Below, piece by piece: positions 1 through 9,319 of a stretch of DNA of 24,000 nt (position 1 is its first letter; each line of letters opens with the position of its first letter). The translations under genes and the position numbers were made by a program. This DNA is from Methanoregulaceae archaeon UBA467 (GTDB lineage Archaea > Halobacteriota > Methanomicrobia > Methanomicrobiales > Methanospirillaceae): positions 1 through 24,000 of the forward strand of contig DASP01000011.1 of assembly GCA_002503825.1 (NCBI GenBank), in the 5' to 3' direction. The notes beneath the pieces were generated by a model that was given only the letters and a program-made list of their open reading frames with translations, searched no databases and had not been told where the DNA came from.

Positions 1-482
1 CCATCTATTATGGGCATATTTTAGGTTTCTAACTTGAGGTACAAAGATCTTGCGGTCGGTTAATTTTCGGCGTTATGTTTTTTACTGCGAATTGTGGGAT
101 AAATTCGATTTGCGCTAGAAAACCGTTGCGGTGGACGCAAAGGAAGATGCCCTGGTCGAGCAGGACCTGGCCCGGGCCCGGCAGTGGGAGACGAAATCGC
201 TGAAGGGGATAACAGGATTTCGTTCTTCGACCCGGAGGACGAGTCGGTGGTCAAGGCCCCGCCCGAGGTGGCAGGCCCGGGTCCTGGAGGGGAGCAACTC
301 ACAACCTATCTTGAAGATCCGGATACCGGTCTCGGGGTTCTGCAATGAAATCTGCGGACTTTTAATCAGGAACCGGGGACACTGATCTGTGCCGGTGCGG
401 AACGGTTGAGAAGGCATGCGGACTTGTCCGACAAAAAGATGATGAATGATAAGCACCAACAATCCACAAAGGATCGTGAACG

Positions 483-704
483 GTGACCCATCTCCATAAT
501 GTTAAGGGCAAGGATGCCATCCGGGCATTTGCCAAGGCAGGAGGAGATGTCCGGCAGGGTAAAGGAGATCACGTCAATATCAAAATGCCCAATGGAATGT
601 TGATAACGATCCCGGTTCCCAAAGATCTTAAAATCGGGTTGCTGAAAGCGGCAATCAAGAAAGCCGGACTGACCGAAGAGGAATTTGAGAAATTACTCGA
701 ATGA
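483..704 (+). CDS. hicA: HicA-family mRNA interferase toxin (GTG start)
   Basis: 73-aa ORF. The motif KGDHVNIKMPNG..ITIPVP and the basic N-terminus are typical of the HicA/YcfA fold. Its stop overlaps the downstream antitoxin start (ATGA at 701-704). Confidence 0.75.
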   Translation: MTHLHNVKGKDAIRAFAKAGGDVRQGKGDHVNIKMPNGMLITIPVPKDLKIGLLKAAIKKAGLTEEEFEKLLE

Positions 705-940
705 GGATGATCATGGAATACACCATTCTGATTCACAAGGCCGAAGAAGGCGGGTTCTGGGCCGAAGTGCCGGCCTTGCCCGGCTGCTTTTCCCAGGGAG
801 AGACTGTCGAGGAGACGATCGCGAATACGAAGGAGGCGATCGAGCTCCACATCTCCTGCCTGAAAGAAGATCATGAGGAGATCCCGCTCGATGACGAGTT
901 CATCATCAGCCGGATTCGTGTAGGGACCGTCGCCAGCTGA
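701..940 (+). CDS. hicB: HicB-family antitoxin (UPF0150-like)
   Basis: YTILIHKAEEGGFWAEVPALPGCFSQGETVEETIANTKEAIELHI is the classic HicB N-terminal domain. It is coupled to hicA by a 4-nt overlap. Alternative starts lie at 707 and 713. Confidence 0.75.
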   Translation: MRMIMEYTILIHKAEEGGFWAEVPALPGCFSQGETVEETIANTKEAIELHISCLKEDHEEIPLDDEFIISRIRVGTVAS

Positions 941-1309
941 AACTTTTTTCGCCACCCGGTGGTGCGGCCCCGTCTTTTCGTTCGATTTGCGGAACCGGAT
1001 AGGGATGGAGGGCGTCTTTACAACCGGATCGGGTATCTCCGTCGGTGCTATGAGCCCGGCAGAACATCTCGTGAGATGACTCATACATTCGCGTCGCATC
1101 GCCTGCTCCTGCCCGCTCCTCACGGACTACATAGCAGACTGCTCGTCGCTGCGATGATCACCAGCATAGACGTTCCGTGACTCACTCCCACCTGACAAAC
1201 CAATTGAATAATACTATCCCTCCTGGTTAGAATCCCCTCTCCGCCATTGAGTAAAAATACGGTTAATTAACGGAAAATTTTGGAAAATAACCCGAAAATA
1301 GCGTTAGAA

Positions 1310-1384
<75 letters not shown>

Positions 1385-1410
1385 ACGTGCCTTTAATGGT
1401 TGTACCTCGG

Positions 1411-1420
1411 GTTAAAAATA
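1411..1420 (-). promoter_or_regulatory. Candidate archaeal TATA box for tRNA-Glu
   Basis: On the minus strand, ATATTTTTAAC lies about 27-35 nt upstream of the mature tRNA 5' end. Confidence 0.35.
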
Positions 1421-1451
1421 TGTTGTGGAACAGGTATGCAGGATCGCCTGT

Positions 1452-2318
1452 TCAATAGACCTGAGTGCCTTCTTTCTCGGTTACAGCGCGGAAAGCGGCC
1501 ATCAGCTGCCGGGTGACCGGGCCGGGTTTTCCTGACCCGATGCTCCTTCCGTCAATATATACGATCGGGGCTACTTCTGCTGCTGTACCGGTGACGAAGA
1601 CTTCGTCCGCCGTGTAGAGATCGAAGTACCCGATATTTGATTCATTCAGGGTAAGGCCGAGCTGGTGGGCGAGCTCGAGGACGACGAGACGGGTGATGCC
1701 CTTGAGATTATTCAGCGTCGGGGGAGTGTAAATGATCCCGTTCTTGACGACGAATATATTGTCGCCCGACCCTTCCGATATATGACCTGCCATGTCGAAC
1801 ATGATGGCCTCGTCGCCGCCCTTGCAGTTCGCCTCGATCTTTGCAAGGATATTATTCAGGTAGTTCAGGCTTTTCACGTTCGGCGGGAGGGCACAGGCAG
1901 GGTTGCGGCGTATTGAAACAGTAACGGCACGGAGTCCTTTCTCGTAAAGGTCACCGTACATGGCGCCCCATTCGATGGCGATTATGATGACGGTCGGCTT
2001 CGGGCACTTGGTCGGGCAGAGCCCGAGGTCCCCTATTCCACGGGTGACAATCGGCCGTATATACCCGTTTTTAAGGTTGTTCCTGCGGATGGTCTCTTTC
2101 ATCGCCTCTGCCATCTCTTCCTTGGTCATCGGAATGCGGAGGTCGATGGTCCGGGCGGAATCATAGAGGCGGTCGAGGTGGTCTTCAAGACGGAAGATCC
2201 TCCCGTTATACATGCGGATCCCCTCAAAGACCCCGTCGCCGTAAAGCAGGCCATGATCAAAAACCGAGATTTTTGCATCGTCCTTGGAGTAAAATTTCCC
2301 GTCGATGAAAATGTGCAT
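1452..2318 (-). CDS. ilvE: Branched-chain amino acid aminotransferase (class IV PLP enzyme)
   Basis: 288 aa. [16 protein letters not shown], the [12 protein letters not shown] lysine region and [11 protein letters not shown] are class IV aminotransferase signatures. Confidence 0.85.
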   Translation of the reverse strand: MHIFIDGKFYSKDDAKISVFDHGLLYGDGVFEGIRMYNGRIFRLEDHLDRLYDSARTIDLRIPMTKEEMAEAMKETIRRNNLKNGYIRPIVTRGIGDLGLCPTKCPKPTVIIIAIEWGAMYGDLYEKGLRAVTVSIRRNPACALPPNVKSLNYLNNILAKIEANCKGGDEAIMFDMAGHISEGSGDNIFVVKNGIIYTPPTLNNLKGITRLVVLELAHQLGLTLNESNIGYFDLYTADEVFVTGTAAEVAPIVYIDGRSIGSGKPGPVTRQLMAAFRAVTEKEGTQVY

Positions 2319-2348
2319 GGAAAGTTGTAGTCGGTTCTCCTATTTTTA

Positions 2349-3731
2349 TCAATTGATCCGGATCGACCTGCAGGTCCCGACAAGGTGTGCAATCAGGATA
2401 CGGCTGCTGACCGGGTGGAGATGCGTATAACTCCCGATAGTGTTTCCTGCGAGTGCACCGTCAGATGAACCGGTTATACCGACCCCCCTGTCGAGAAAAA
2501 AGGCAAAGCGGGTTGACGGGTCAAGCCTGACATCGGAGTAGTGAAATTCATGTCCCCGGAACGTTCCGGGCCCGAGAGGGTTCTTTCCGACAGTGCGTCC
2601 CTCCACGTAGCTGACGACCCTGCGGGCCGGCATGATTGTCTCTCCCGTGAAGACACCTGCCATCTCCCCGGAACGCCCGCTCTCCTCACCCTGCCACCCG
2701 GGCGAAAGAATAATCCTGTCGGTCAGGTACATCAGGCCGCCGCATTCGGCATATATGGGTGTCCCGTTCCGTGAAGTTTCAAGGACTGCCTCCCGCATCC
2801 GGTCATTTCTCTCAAGTTCCGGGAGAAATAGTTCAGGGTACCCGCCGCCGATGATATACCCGTCGGCATCCGGGAGGCGGTCGTGTACCGGGCTGAAGCA
2901 TTCGGTCCTGGCACCAAGCCCGTGGAGGATATCAAAGAGGTCTGCATAATAGAAATTGAATGCCTCATCAAGCGCGACGCCGATGGTGACATCCGGTTCC
3001 GGGGGCTCGTGGAAGATGGGGGTCGCGGTCATTGCAGGCTCGCATCTCCTGGCCAGCGTCAGCAGGTCGCCGATCGAGACATGGTCCCGGATCATCCCGG
3101 TGACATAGTCTATCCTGTTCCGGAAGCCTGCATGGGCCTCGCCTTCACGGTACGGGACAAGCCCGAGGTGCCTCATCGCCAGTTCCATCTCGGGCTGGCG
3201 GGGGACGGCGCCTATAACCGGGATGCCGCAGTAATGCTCAATCGAGGTCACCGCCTTATCGATGTGTTTTTTCCCTGACACATTATTCAGGATGACCCCG
3301 ACGATCGTGACGTCCGGATCAAAGGACTGGAACCCTTTTACAATCGCAGCAGCGCTACGGGTAATACTCCGGGCGCTGACCACGAGGACCACGGGGAGGT
3401 CCAGTTCCTTTGCGATCGCGGCCGAACTGCCGGTGTCATCGAGGGCCTCGGCGCCCTCGTACAGGCCGCGTACGCCTTCTACAAGCGAAATGTCTGCGCC
3501 GGTACTTCCATGGAGGAATATCTGGCGGATCTCATCGCGATCCATGACAAACGAGTCGAGGTTCCGGCATGGCCGCCCCGTGACTGCCGTGAGGTATGAC
3601 GGGTCGATATAATCCATCCCGACCTTGAACGTCTGCACGGTCATCTCTTTTGACAGGAGCGCTGCAATCGCAAGGGTGATGGAGGTCTTACCGCTCCCGG
3701 AGCGGTCCCCTGCGATCATCAGTGCCCTCAT
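2349..3731 (-). CDS. cfbB: Ni-sirohydrochlorin a,c-diamide synthase (CbiA/CobB-family amidotransferase)
   Basis: 460 aa. It has the N-terminal P-loop GDRSGSGKT, the CbiA core, and a C-terminal glutamine amidotransferase part (YAECGGLMYL, HEFHYS). The CfbB assignment comes from context with cfbA/D/E. Its start overlaps the cfbD stop (ATGA). Confidence 0.75.
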   Translation of the reverse strand: MRALMIAGDRSGSGKTSITLAIAALLSKEMTVQTFKVGMDYIDPSYLTAVTGRPCRNLDSFVMDRDEIRQIFLHGSTGADISLVEGVRGLYEGAEALDDTGSSAAIAKELDLPVVLVVSARSITRSAAAIVKGFQSFDPDVTIVGVILNNVSGKKHIDKAVTSIEHYCGIPVIGAVPRQPEMELAMRHLGLVPYREGEAHAGFRNRIDYVTGMIRDHVSIGDLLTLARRCEPAMTATPIFHEPPEPDVTIGVALDEAFNFYYADLFDILHGLGARTECFSPVHDRLPDADGYIIGGGYPELFLPELERNDRMREAVLETSRNGTPIYAECGGLMYLTDRIILSPGWQGEESGRSGEMAGVFTGETIMPARRVVSYVEGRTVGKNPLGPGTFRGHEFHYSDVRLDPSTRFAFFLDRGVGITGSSDGALAGNTIGSYTHLHPVSSRILIAHLVGTCRSIRIN

Positions 3732-4792
3732 TTCATGCTCCGTAATACAGAACCGAATTCGCTCTCAACGATCGAGCGTACGCCAAGCGTCTTTGGGTGG
3801 AGGTCGATCTCCACCACCACGTGCCGGTGACCCATCTCCCTCAGCGGTTCCACCTGCCTCGGTCCGTTGGTAATTGAGAAACATTCGATCCCGGAGGTAT
3901 ACGGGGCAGGAATGGCATGCGGGACACCCGCGATAAGTGCAAAATCAGGTTTCAGTTCCTGTATCCTGGCTCCGAGTGCATCACCGTTCGCCCCGTACTC
4001 GTCAAGTGCTCCGATCAGTTCGGGGGAAAGCCCCCTCTGTTCCATTTCATCCCGTATCCGGCGGGTATCGGCCCGGACCTTGGGAAGACCGCGTTCTTCA
4101 AGGTTTGCGATATAGGTAACATCAGCACCGGGGCATGCCTCATGGAGGGCGAGGAGTTCATCGGAAAACATGTATGCCGTCTCTTTCTTGGCATTCATGA
4201 TGGCCACGCCTTTCATACCTGTTTTCGCGACTTTTAGCAGGCGTTCTGCTGCAATGTGCTTGAGATCCCCGCGTGACGGTTCGATGTAGGCCTTGCATGC
4301 AGCGCCTCTCAGGCGTTCCACCTCGTTTGCCTTTCCAAGGAGGTATTTCTGGCGTTCAAGTTCATCATGCGTTATCCAGCCGGCAACAGCCGCAGGCTCG
4401 AGCGTGGCAATGACCCCGTCGATATTTTCAGCAAATCCCGCATGGATATCCACTGCGATGGCAGGCGTCGTAATGCCGGAGGAGTCGATTGCAGAACCAA
4501 GATCTTCACCGATGATCATTGAGACGCAGGTGCCGATCACGGCCATCCGGTGCGGGGAAAAAGTATTCTCTGCGTACCGCAGGACGTCCTCAAGGGTCTT
4601 TTGCCCCCCGAAAATAAACTCGTTGTCTGCGAGTGACGTGGTCAGGACCCTCATCCCGTCCTCTTCAAGGAGGCGGGCATGTTTGAAGGAACACCCTGAC
4701 GGCCCGTGCAGGATCGCCACGTCAACTTCGAGGTCACGTGCGGTATAGAGTGCTGCGACGATAGAACTGGGTCTTGGCTGCATGTATTTCAT
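3728..4792 (-). CDS. cfbD: Ni-sirohydrochlorin a,c-diamide reductive cyclase subunit, NifD/NflD-like
   Basis: HGPSGCSF and IGTCVSMIIGEDLG are nitrogenase component-1 family motifs. I place the start at the internal ATG (MKYMQPRP) because GGAGGT lies 6 nt upstream and the cfbE stop is at 4797. The 403-aa track ORF would overlap cfbE by about 140 nt. Confidence 0.8.
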   Translation of the reverse strand: MKYMQPRPSSIVAALYTARDLEVDVAILHGPSGCSFKHARLLEEDGMRVLTTSLADNEFIFGGQKTLEDVLRYAENTFSPHRMAVIGTCVSMIIGEDLGSAIDSSGITTPAIAVDIHAGFAENIDGVIATLEPAAVAGWITHDELERQKYLLGKANEVERLRGAACKAYIEPSRGDLKHIAAERLLKVAKTGMKGVAIMNAKKETAYMFSDELLALHEACPGADVTYIANLEERGLPKVRADTRRIRDEMEQRGLSPELIGALDEYGANGDALGARIQELKPDFALIAGVPHAIPAPYTSGIECFSITNGPRQVEPLREMGHRHVVVEIDLHPKTLGVRSIVESEFGSVLRSMK

Positions 4793-4796
4793 CTGG

Positions 4797-6020
4797 TTAC
4801 CTCCATGTCTTGACGGCAAGCACGATGCTTCCGCCCCTGTGAATATCGAGGGCTTTCTCCCTGCCCTGTTCGAGGGTCGCTGCCCATTCTGCCGGGATAT
4901 CACTGATGCCCGGGGTGAAAACACTGCATGCACCGTCACGGGTGCGGAATGCCTCGCCGACGATCACGAGTGCAGAGGGCCTGACCTCGTCGATTGCCCG
5001 TGCAACCTCGGTGGCTGAAAATCCCTCGCAGACGGCACCGTATTCCTGCCCGATAACAAGCGTCAGGTGGCTGTTCCCTGAGAGCGACCGTGCATATGCG
5101 GCTGCCTGGACCGTGGTCATCACGTTCACCCCGCTGTTCGCATTGTCTATTACCCGGATACCCCTGTGCTCTGTCACCGACATCCGGCCCGGAACTGCCT
5201 CAAATTTCGCCAGCCCCGAAGGGTCGGCCCCAAGGAGGCATGCTGCAGATGCTGCGAGCATGAGGGGGGTCCGGTACCCGTCGAGGGCAAGAAGCGGATT
5301 TGTGAATCTCCCGTGGTATTCCCCGTAATGCCAGTTACATGAATTCCCCTGTACAGAGACAAGTGAACCGGCCCTGGTCCCGGACGGGACCGAAACCTTC
5401 TCCCCGGGAGGAACGAGCAGGACCGGCATTCCCTGGCCCGACCTGACCTTCTCGGCGAGTGCGTTCTTTCTTCCGGCTGCACACAGGTAATCTTCAAAGG
5501 ATGTGAGGATACCCATCCGGCCCGCACCGGTAAACCCGAGCGAGACTTCGGCAACAAGCCACCCGCCGGTCTTCATTGCATGCCGTGCAGCAGGGATCAG
5601 TGATGCCGGGGTGATACTCTTTCTCCAGAGCAGGGTCCGTGACGGGTATTCGAATGTCCCGTTCGAGGTATGGAGGACCCCGGGTCCCGGAAGGATGCTG
5701 CACAGGGCATGGGCAGTCGTTGTCTTTCCCCGTGCCCCGGTTATCTCCACGAACGTATCCGGGATATCGTTCCCGAGGATCCAGCGCACTGCAGCATGAT
5801 GCGAGATTACCGGAACCCTGATTCTCTGCAGTACCGGGTGCAGCGGGTCGAGATGGACGGGTGATATGAGAAGGTCGTAGTCTCTCCCGGACACCTGTTC
5901 AACCGTAGTGCCGGTGCATCCCCGGTATACATCAAGGGTGTCAGTGCTGTGCCCCATCTCTTCGAGGTGCCGGGCAAGGTCCTTTCCACCATGTATCGTA
6001 TCGAGCACCAGCAGTTTCAT
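4797..6020 (-). CDS. cfbE: Coenzyme F430 synthetase (MurF-like ATP-dependent ligase)
   Basis: 407 aa. It carries the Mur-ligase P-loop ITGARGKTTTAHAL. The specific call rests on its position between cfbA and cfbD. Confidence 0.8.
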   Translation of the reverse strand: MKLLVLDTIHGGKDLARHLEEMGHSTDTLDVYRGCTGTTVEQVSGRDYDLLISPVHLDPLHPVLQRIRVPVISHHAAVRWILGNDIPDTFVEITGARGKTTTAHALCSILPGPGVLHTSNGTFEYPSRTLLWRKSITPASLIPAARHAMKTGGWLVAEVSLGFTGAGRMGILTSFEDYLCAAGRKNALAEKVRSGQGMPVLLVPPGEKVSVPSGTRAGSLVSVQGNSCNWHYGEYHGRFTNPLLALDGYRTPLMLAASAACLLGADPSGLAKFEAVPGRMSVTEHRGIRVIDNANSGVNVMTTVQAAAYARSLSGNSHLTLVIGQEYGAVCEGFSATEVARAIDEVRPSALVIVGEAFRTRDGACSVFTPGISDIPAEWAATLEQGREKALDIHRGGSIVLAVKTWR

Positions 6021-6027
6021 GGACGGT

Positions 6028-6429
6028 TCAGAGGCGGGTCAGCGCCACTTGTGCGTTCTTTACCATGAGTTCGGCAAGAAGCGGATCACTCCCGATTGGA
6101 TCTGCATAAAGGAGAGGTATGCTTACACCGTTCATTAAAAATGTACCCTTCGTTGTCCCTTCCGGGAGACCGATTATTGCCGGGATGTCCTTGAGGATAT
6201 GGACCCCCTTGGCAAGGAAGAGCGGGACAACAACGAGTGTGTCGATATCTTCCTTCCGGAATTCCTCCATGCACTCTTCGATTGTAGGGGTGTTCATATT
6301 CATAAACCCGCATTTTACAATGAAATCAGGATACTTTGCGGCGATAAGATGCCCTGTTGACTCAACAAGTTCCTTGTTGTGGGGGAGTTTGCTGCCATGG
6401 CCGACCAGTAATATTCCCTTCTTACTCAT
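6028..6429 (-). CDS. cfbA: Small CbiX-type sirohydrochlorin nickelochelatase/cobaltochelatase
   Basis: The 133-aa version starts MSKKGILLVGHGSKLPHNKE. Together with VVPLFLAKGVH this is the CbiX(S) signature. The upstream 30 codons of the track ORF are AT-rich and promoter-like. Confidence 0.8.
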   Translation of the reverse strand: MSKKGILLVGHGSKLPHNKELVESTGHLIAAKYPDFIVKCGFMNMNTPTIEECMEEFRKEDIDTLVVVPLFLAKGVHILKDIPAIIGLPEGTTKGTFLMNGVSIPLLYADPIGSDPLLAELMVKNAQVALTRL

Positions 6430-6526
6430 ACTATACAATGTATTACGGGGACTGTTAAAAATTCTTACCAAATGTATCCCCGGTCCGCAGGTTAGTATAA
6501 AAATAGTGAATTTTTTCATTTGATTT

Positions 6527-6597
6527 ACCGGAACCGGAATTTTTATCGTTATTTTTTTAACGCAGGGTTACCGTTGTTCCTCAAAGCCGGTTCCGGT
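6527..6597. repeat. Perfect 11-bp inverted repeat ACCGGAACCGG / CCGGTTCCGGT flanking a T-rich 49-bp spacer
   Basis: Positions 6527-6537 are the exact reverse complement of 6587-6597. The repeat lies in the 400-bp divergent spacer between cfbA and the marker-9 gene. Confidence 0.6.
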
Positions 6598-6829
6598 TTT
6601 CTCACCGGGAAAATCAGGCCCGTAATCCCCGCGCAGAGACAATATCTGTCAATATTATTGATTATTATATAATCCTGCTCATGTTTTTTCGCATTTTAAC
6701 GAAACGGTATCCCTGTACATCCCTGTCGGGCATGAGAGGATCTGCAGGATGCTCCACCTTTTTATAATCATGGAAAATGAAACTTATAAGGAATTTTTAC
6801 AATTTCGAAAAAAGTTGTGTGTTTTAAAT

Positions 6830-7972
6830 ATGGAAGCCATGCAGTACTACGAGCGTTTTGGTCTCGTTATCAATAACAAGGTCGTAAAAACGCCGTTGGC
6901 GATAGCATCCATGGCCGGGTGCGTGGATGCCGGATATGTCCTTAAGCGGGCTGCCCATATCGGGGCGGCGTTTATCGGAGGATACTCCATTGATCAGCCG
7001 ACCATGGACGCAGGCAGGGAAATGGCAGCAGCCGGAAGGACTGAATTTATCTACGACGACCCGCTTGAAGAACTGAAAAAACAGGTCGCCCTCCTGAGTG
7101 CAACCGATATCCAGGCCGGCCTGAACCTGAGAGGGAGCACCCCTGCTTCATACGCAGCAGTCGCCGATTCAATCGGCGATTCAGTTGTATACGAGATCGA
7201 TGCACATTGCAGGCAGGAGCCGATGATCCGGGCTGGCTGCGGGGAATTTTATTTAAGGAATCACGGGGCGCTTGTCAGCACGATCGAGGCCCTGAAATCC
7301 CACGATGTCACTGTTTCTGTCAAGATGAGGGCCGGGGTGGCACCTGACGACCGGGTGCTTGCAAAAAAGATCTGGAAGGCCGGTGCCGATATCCTGCATG
7401 TCGACCTGATGGACCATGGGTACCAGAAAATCCGCCAGATCAGGAACAGCTGCCCGCTGTTAATAATTGCCAATAATTCAATCAACACCTTCGAACGGAT
7501 GAAGGACATGTTCTCGCATGGTGCCGATATGGTATCCCTTGCGCGGCATTCGGACGAACGGACACTCGCCGGACTCGACGCGGCAATAACCCGCTATGCT
7601 GGTGAACACGGCTGGTACAATTCACCAAAGCAGCTCTGCCGCGGGGGAGATGTCCGGTCTCTTGCATTCTGCTGTATGCCGGTGAAAAGCTGCCCCCTCA
7701 TCCCAACCCTTGAAAAGATCGGCATTTCCCGTGATGAGTATATTGCACTCAAGATGGATTCGGTGAGTGGCACACCCCTCGACCAGGGAAAACACACATG
7801 TTTCGGCAGCCTCGCGTGGTGCTGCAAAGATTCGTCCCCGTGCATGTTCCGTGATATGACCATCCGCCAGGCCGGGATGGAGAGCAGGGAATACATGATT
7901 CACAAGCGGGAACTTTCGGAAAAAATTATGCACCGCCTCTTCGATACAGAAAAGAATGATGAGTCCTGTTGA
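6830..7972 (+). CDS. Methanogenesis marker 9 domain protein: NifR3/Dus-like TIM barrel fused to an 8-Cys C-terminal domain
   Basis: The N-terminal part (PLAIASMAGCVD..) resembles Dus/NifR3 TIM barrels. The C-terminus has 8 Cys, including two [FW]CC..K..C-type motifs (FCCMPVKSC, WCCKDSSPC). I recall these motifs as defining the marker-9 domain. Start chosen at MEAMQYYERF; the track start at 6749 lies in AT-rich, TATA-like sequence. Confidence 0.65.
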   Translation: MEAMQYYERFGLVINNKVVKTPLAIASMAGCVDAGYVLKRAAHIGAAFIGGYSIDQPTMDAGREMAAAGRTEFIYDDPLEELKKQVALLSATDIQAGLNLRGSTPASYAAVADSIGDSVVYEIDAHCRQEPMIRAGCGEFYLRNHGALVSTIEALKSHDVTVSVKMRAGVAPDDRVLAKKIWKAGADILHVDLMDHGYQKIRQIRNSCPLLIIANNSINTFERMKDMFSHGADMVSLARHSDERTLAGLDAAITRYAGEHGWYNSPKQLCRGGDVRSLAFCCMPVKSCPLIPTLEKIGISRDEYIALKMDSVSGTPLDQGKHTCFGSLAWCCKDSSPCMFRDMTIRQAGMESREYMIHKRELSEKIMHRLFDTEKNDESC

Positions 7973-8765
7973 AAGAGCACAACTGGCAATGGTGCTTGAG
8001 GTCTGTGCGTATCCAAAACCCGGAAACGTTGACCGCTGTCACGACTATGCAGATACGCGCCTGGAGCATTTCCTTGCGTCAACTCTTTTTGCACGACCTG
8101 TTTTTGAGAAGGCACAGCGACAGAGGGACCCGATCGGGGCCCTGATCCATGAAGCGGTTGAGCGCACCAATGTGCACTCCGGCGGCAACACCCATTTCGG
8201 TGCGTTTCTCCTCCTTATACCCCTGATTATGGGTGATGGTATCGAGGGCGCAAAAAGGCTTGTCAGGGAGACGACCGTGGACGATGCGGTGGAGTTTTAC
8301 CGGGCGTTTGGAAAGACAGATGTCCGTGTGCTTTCCGGGGATGAGATCGACGTCTCGGATCCGCTGGCAACCGAAGAGATCAGGCGACGCCGCATGACCC
8401 TTTATGATGTCATGCTCCATTCGGCACCAAACGACATGGTAGCGCGGGAATGGCTCAACGGTTTTACCCTCTGCCGGAGAGGGGCGGACCTCCTGGTTGC
8501 ACACGGGTGCGGCAGGCAGGCAATTGTCGCGGCATTTCTTTTTCTCCTCTCCACCGAGCCGGATACGTTCATCATAAAAAAGCACGGGACTGATATTGCG
8601 CGGGTGGTCATGGAGCATGCAATGCAGGTCAGGGAAGGGATCAGGGACATCGAGCAGTTCGATGACGAGTGTATACAAAACGGCATCAATCCCGGCTCTA
8701 TCGCTGATATTATCATTGCGTCTATCTATATCGCACTGGGAGAGGGATGGCAGTGGGACTGCTGA
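7956..8765 (+). CDS. CitG/MdcB-family protein (triphosphoribosyl-dephospho-CoA synthase-like)
   Basis: 269 aa. LEVCAYPKPGNVDR..D and the helical remainder match the CitG family. Its start overlaps the upstream gene by 17 nt. Confidence 0.7.
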   Translation: MMSPVERAQLAMVLEVCAYPKPGNVDRCHDYADTRLEHFLASTLFARPVFEKAQRQRDPIGALIHEAVERTNVHSGGNTHFGAFLLLIPLIMGDGIEGAKRLVRETTVDDAVEFYRAFGKTDVRVLSGDEIDVSDPLATEEIRRRRMTLYDVMLHSAPNDMVAREWLNGFTLCRRGADLLVAHGCGRQAIVAAFLFLLSTEPDTFIIKKHGTDIARVVMEHAMQVREGIRDIEQFDDECIQNGINPGSIADIIIASIYIALGEGWQWDC

Positions 8766-9319
8766 AAGAGGGCATTAACGAAGTAATAGCAACGACTGAT
8801 GGAAATGCCGCACCGATGGGTATTATATTCCGGGACGGCGCGAGCCGGCTTATCGCGTTCAAAGGGAGCCATACCGCTGAAAATATCATGAAGCACGGAT
8901 GGATCGTTGCGAATTTTATCTACGATCCACTCCTCTACGTAAAAACGGCATTCGAAGACCTCGGCAGCGAATGGTTTCTTGAAAAGAACGCAGGCGGAAC
9001 ACGTGTGTGCAGCCTCGCAGGTGCCGAGGCGTGGATTGCATTTGAAGCAAAAATTGAGCGTGAAACGTCTGAAGCGCTGATTGTCGATCTCAATCCCCTT
9101 CACGAACAGGTAGATGCCCTCGCGCTCCACCCGGTCAACAGGGGATTTAACAGCATCATTGAGGCGACGGTCCACGCCACCCGGTATGTCAGGACACATG
9201 ATCCCGTAATGGCAGACTTAATTCTGCATCATTCCGCCCTCGTACGAAAATGCGGCGGAAAAAGGGAACAGGAAGCCCTTGAACTCCTGCTGTCGTATGC
9301 CGGCCCGCTGAAAAAGTGA
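8747..9319 (+). CDS. DUF447-family protein (split-barrel, flavin-binding-like)
   Basis: 190 aa. EVIATT..NAAPMGI and the C-terminal NRGFNSIIEATVHATR resemble DUF447 proteins. These proteins accompany CitG-like genes in H4MPT-using organisms. It overlaps the upstream gene by 19 nt. Confidence 0.55.
   Translation: MAVGLLKEGINEVIATTDGNAAPMGIIFRDGASRLIAFKGSHTAENIMKHGWIVANFIYDPLLYVKTAFEDLGSEWFLEKNAGGTRVCSLAGAEAWIAFEAKIERETSEALIVDLNPLHEQVDALALHPVNRGFNSIIEATVHATRYVRTHDPVMADLILHHSALVRKCGGKREQEALELLLSYAGPLKK

Noticed and set aside
569-1123. 184-aa minus-strand ORF
   Set aside because: It runs antisense across both hicA and hicB, which have clear family motifs. It has no recognisable domain and is a typical shadow ORF.
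959-1180. 73-aa plus-strand ORF between hicB and the tRNA
   Set aside because: It has no RBS or TATA support, an Arg-rich composition and no recognisable fold. It is treated as non-coding or degenerate sequence.
1-1309. att-site duplicate of the tRNA-Glu 3' end
   Set aside because: The only match is a 7-nt stretch (TGCTATG near 1045), which is no better than chance. The integration hypothesis is therefore kept at low interest only.
3728-4939. Long (403-aa) version of cfbD, and long (163-aa, 6028-6519) version of cfbA
   Set aside because: The N-terminal extensions would overlap cfbE or run into AT-rich promoter sequence, and they lack family similarity. The internal ATGs align with the conserved N-termini, and for cfbD the internal ATG has a GGAGGT Shine-Dalgarno.
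8079-8678. 199-aa minus-strand ORF (also 8726-9199 and 8402-8716, both minus strand)
   Set aside because: They are antisense to the CitG-like and DUF447 genes, which form a coupled plus-strand operon. They have no recognisable domains.
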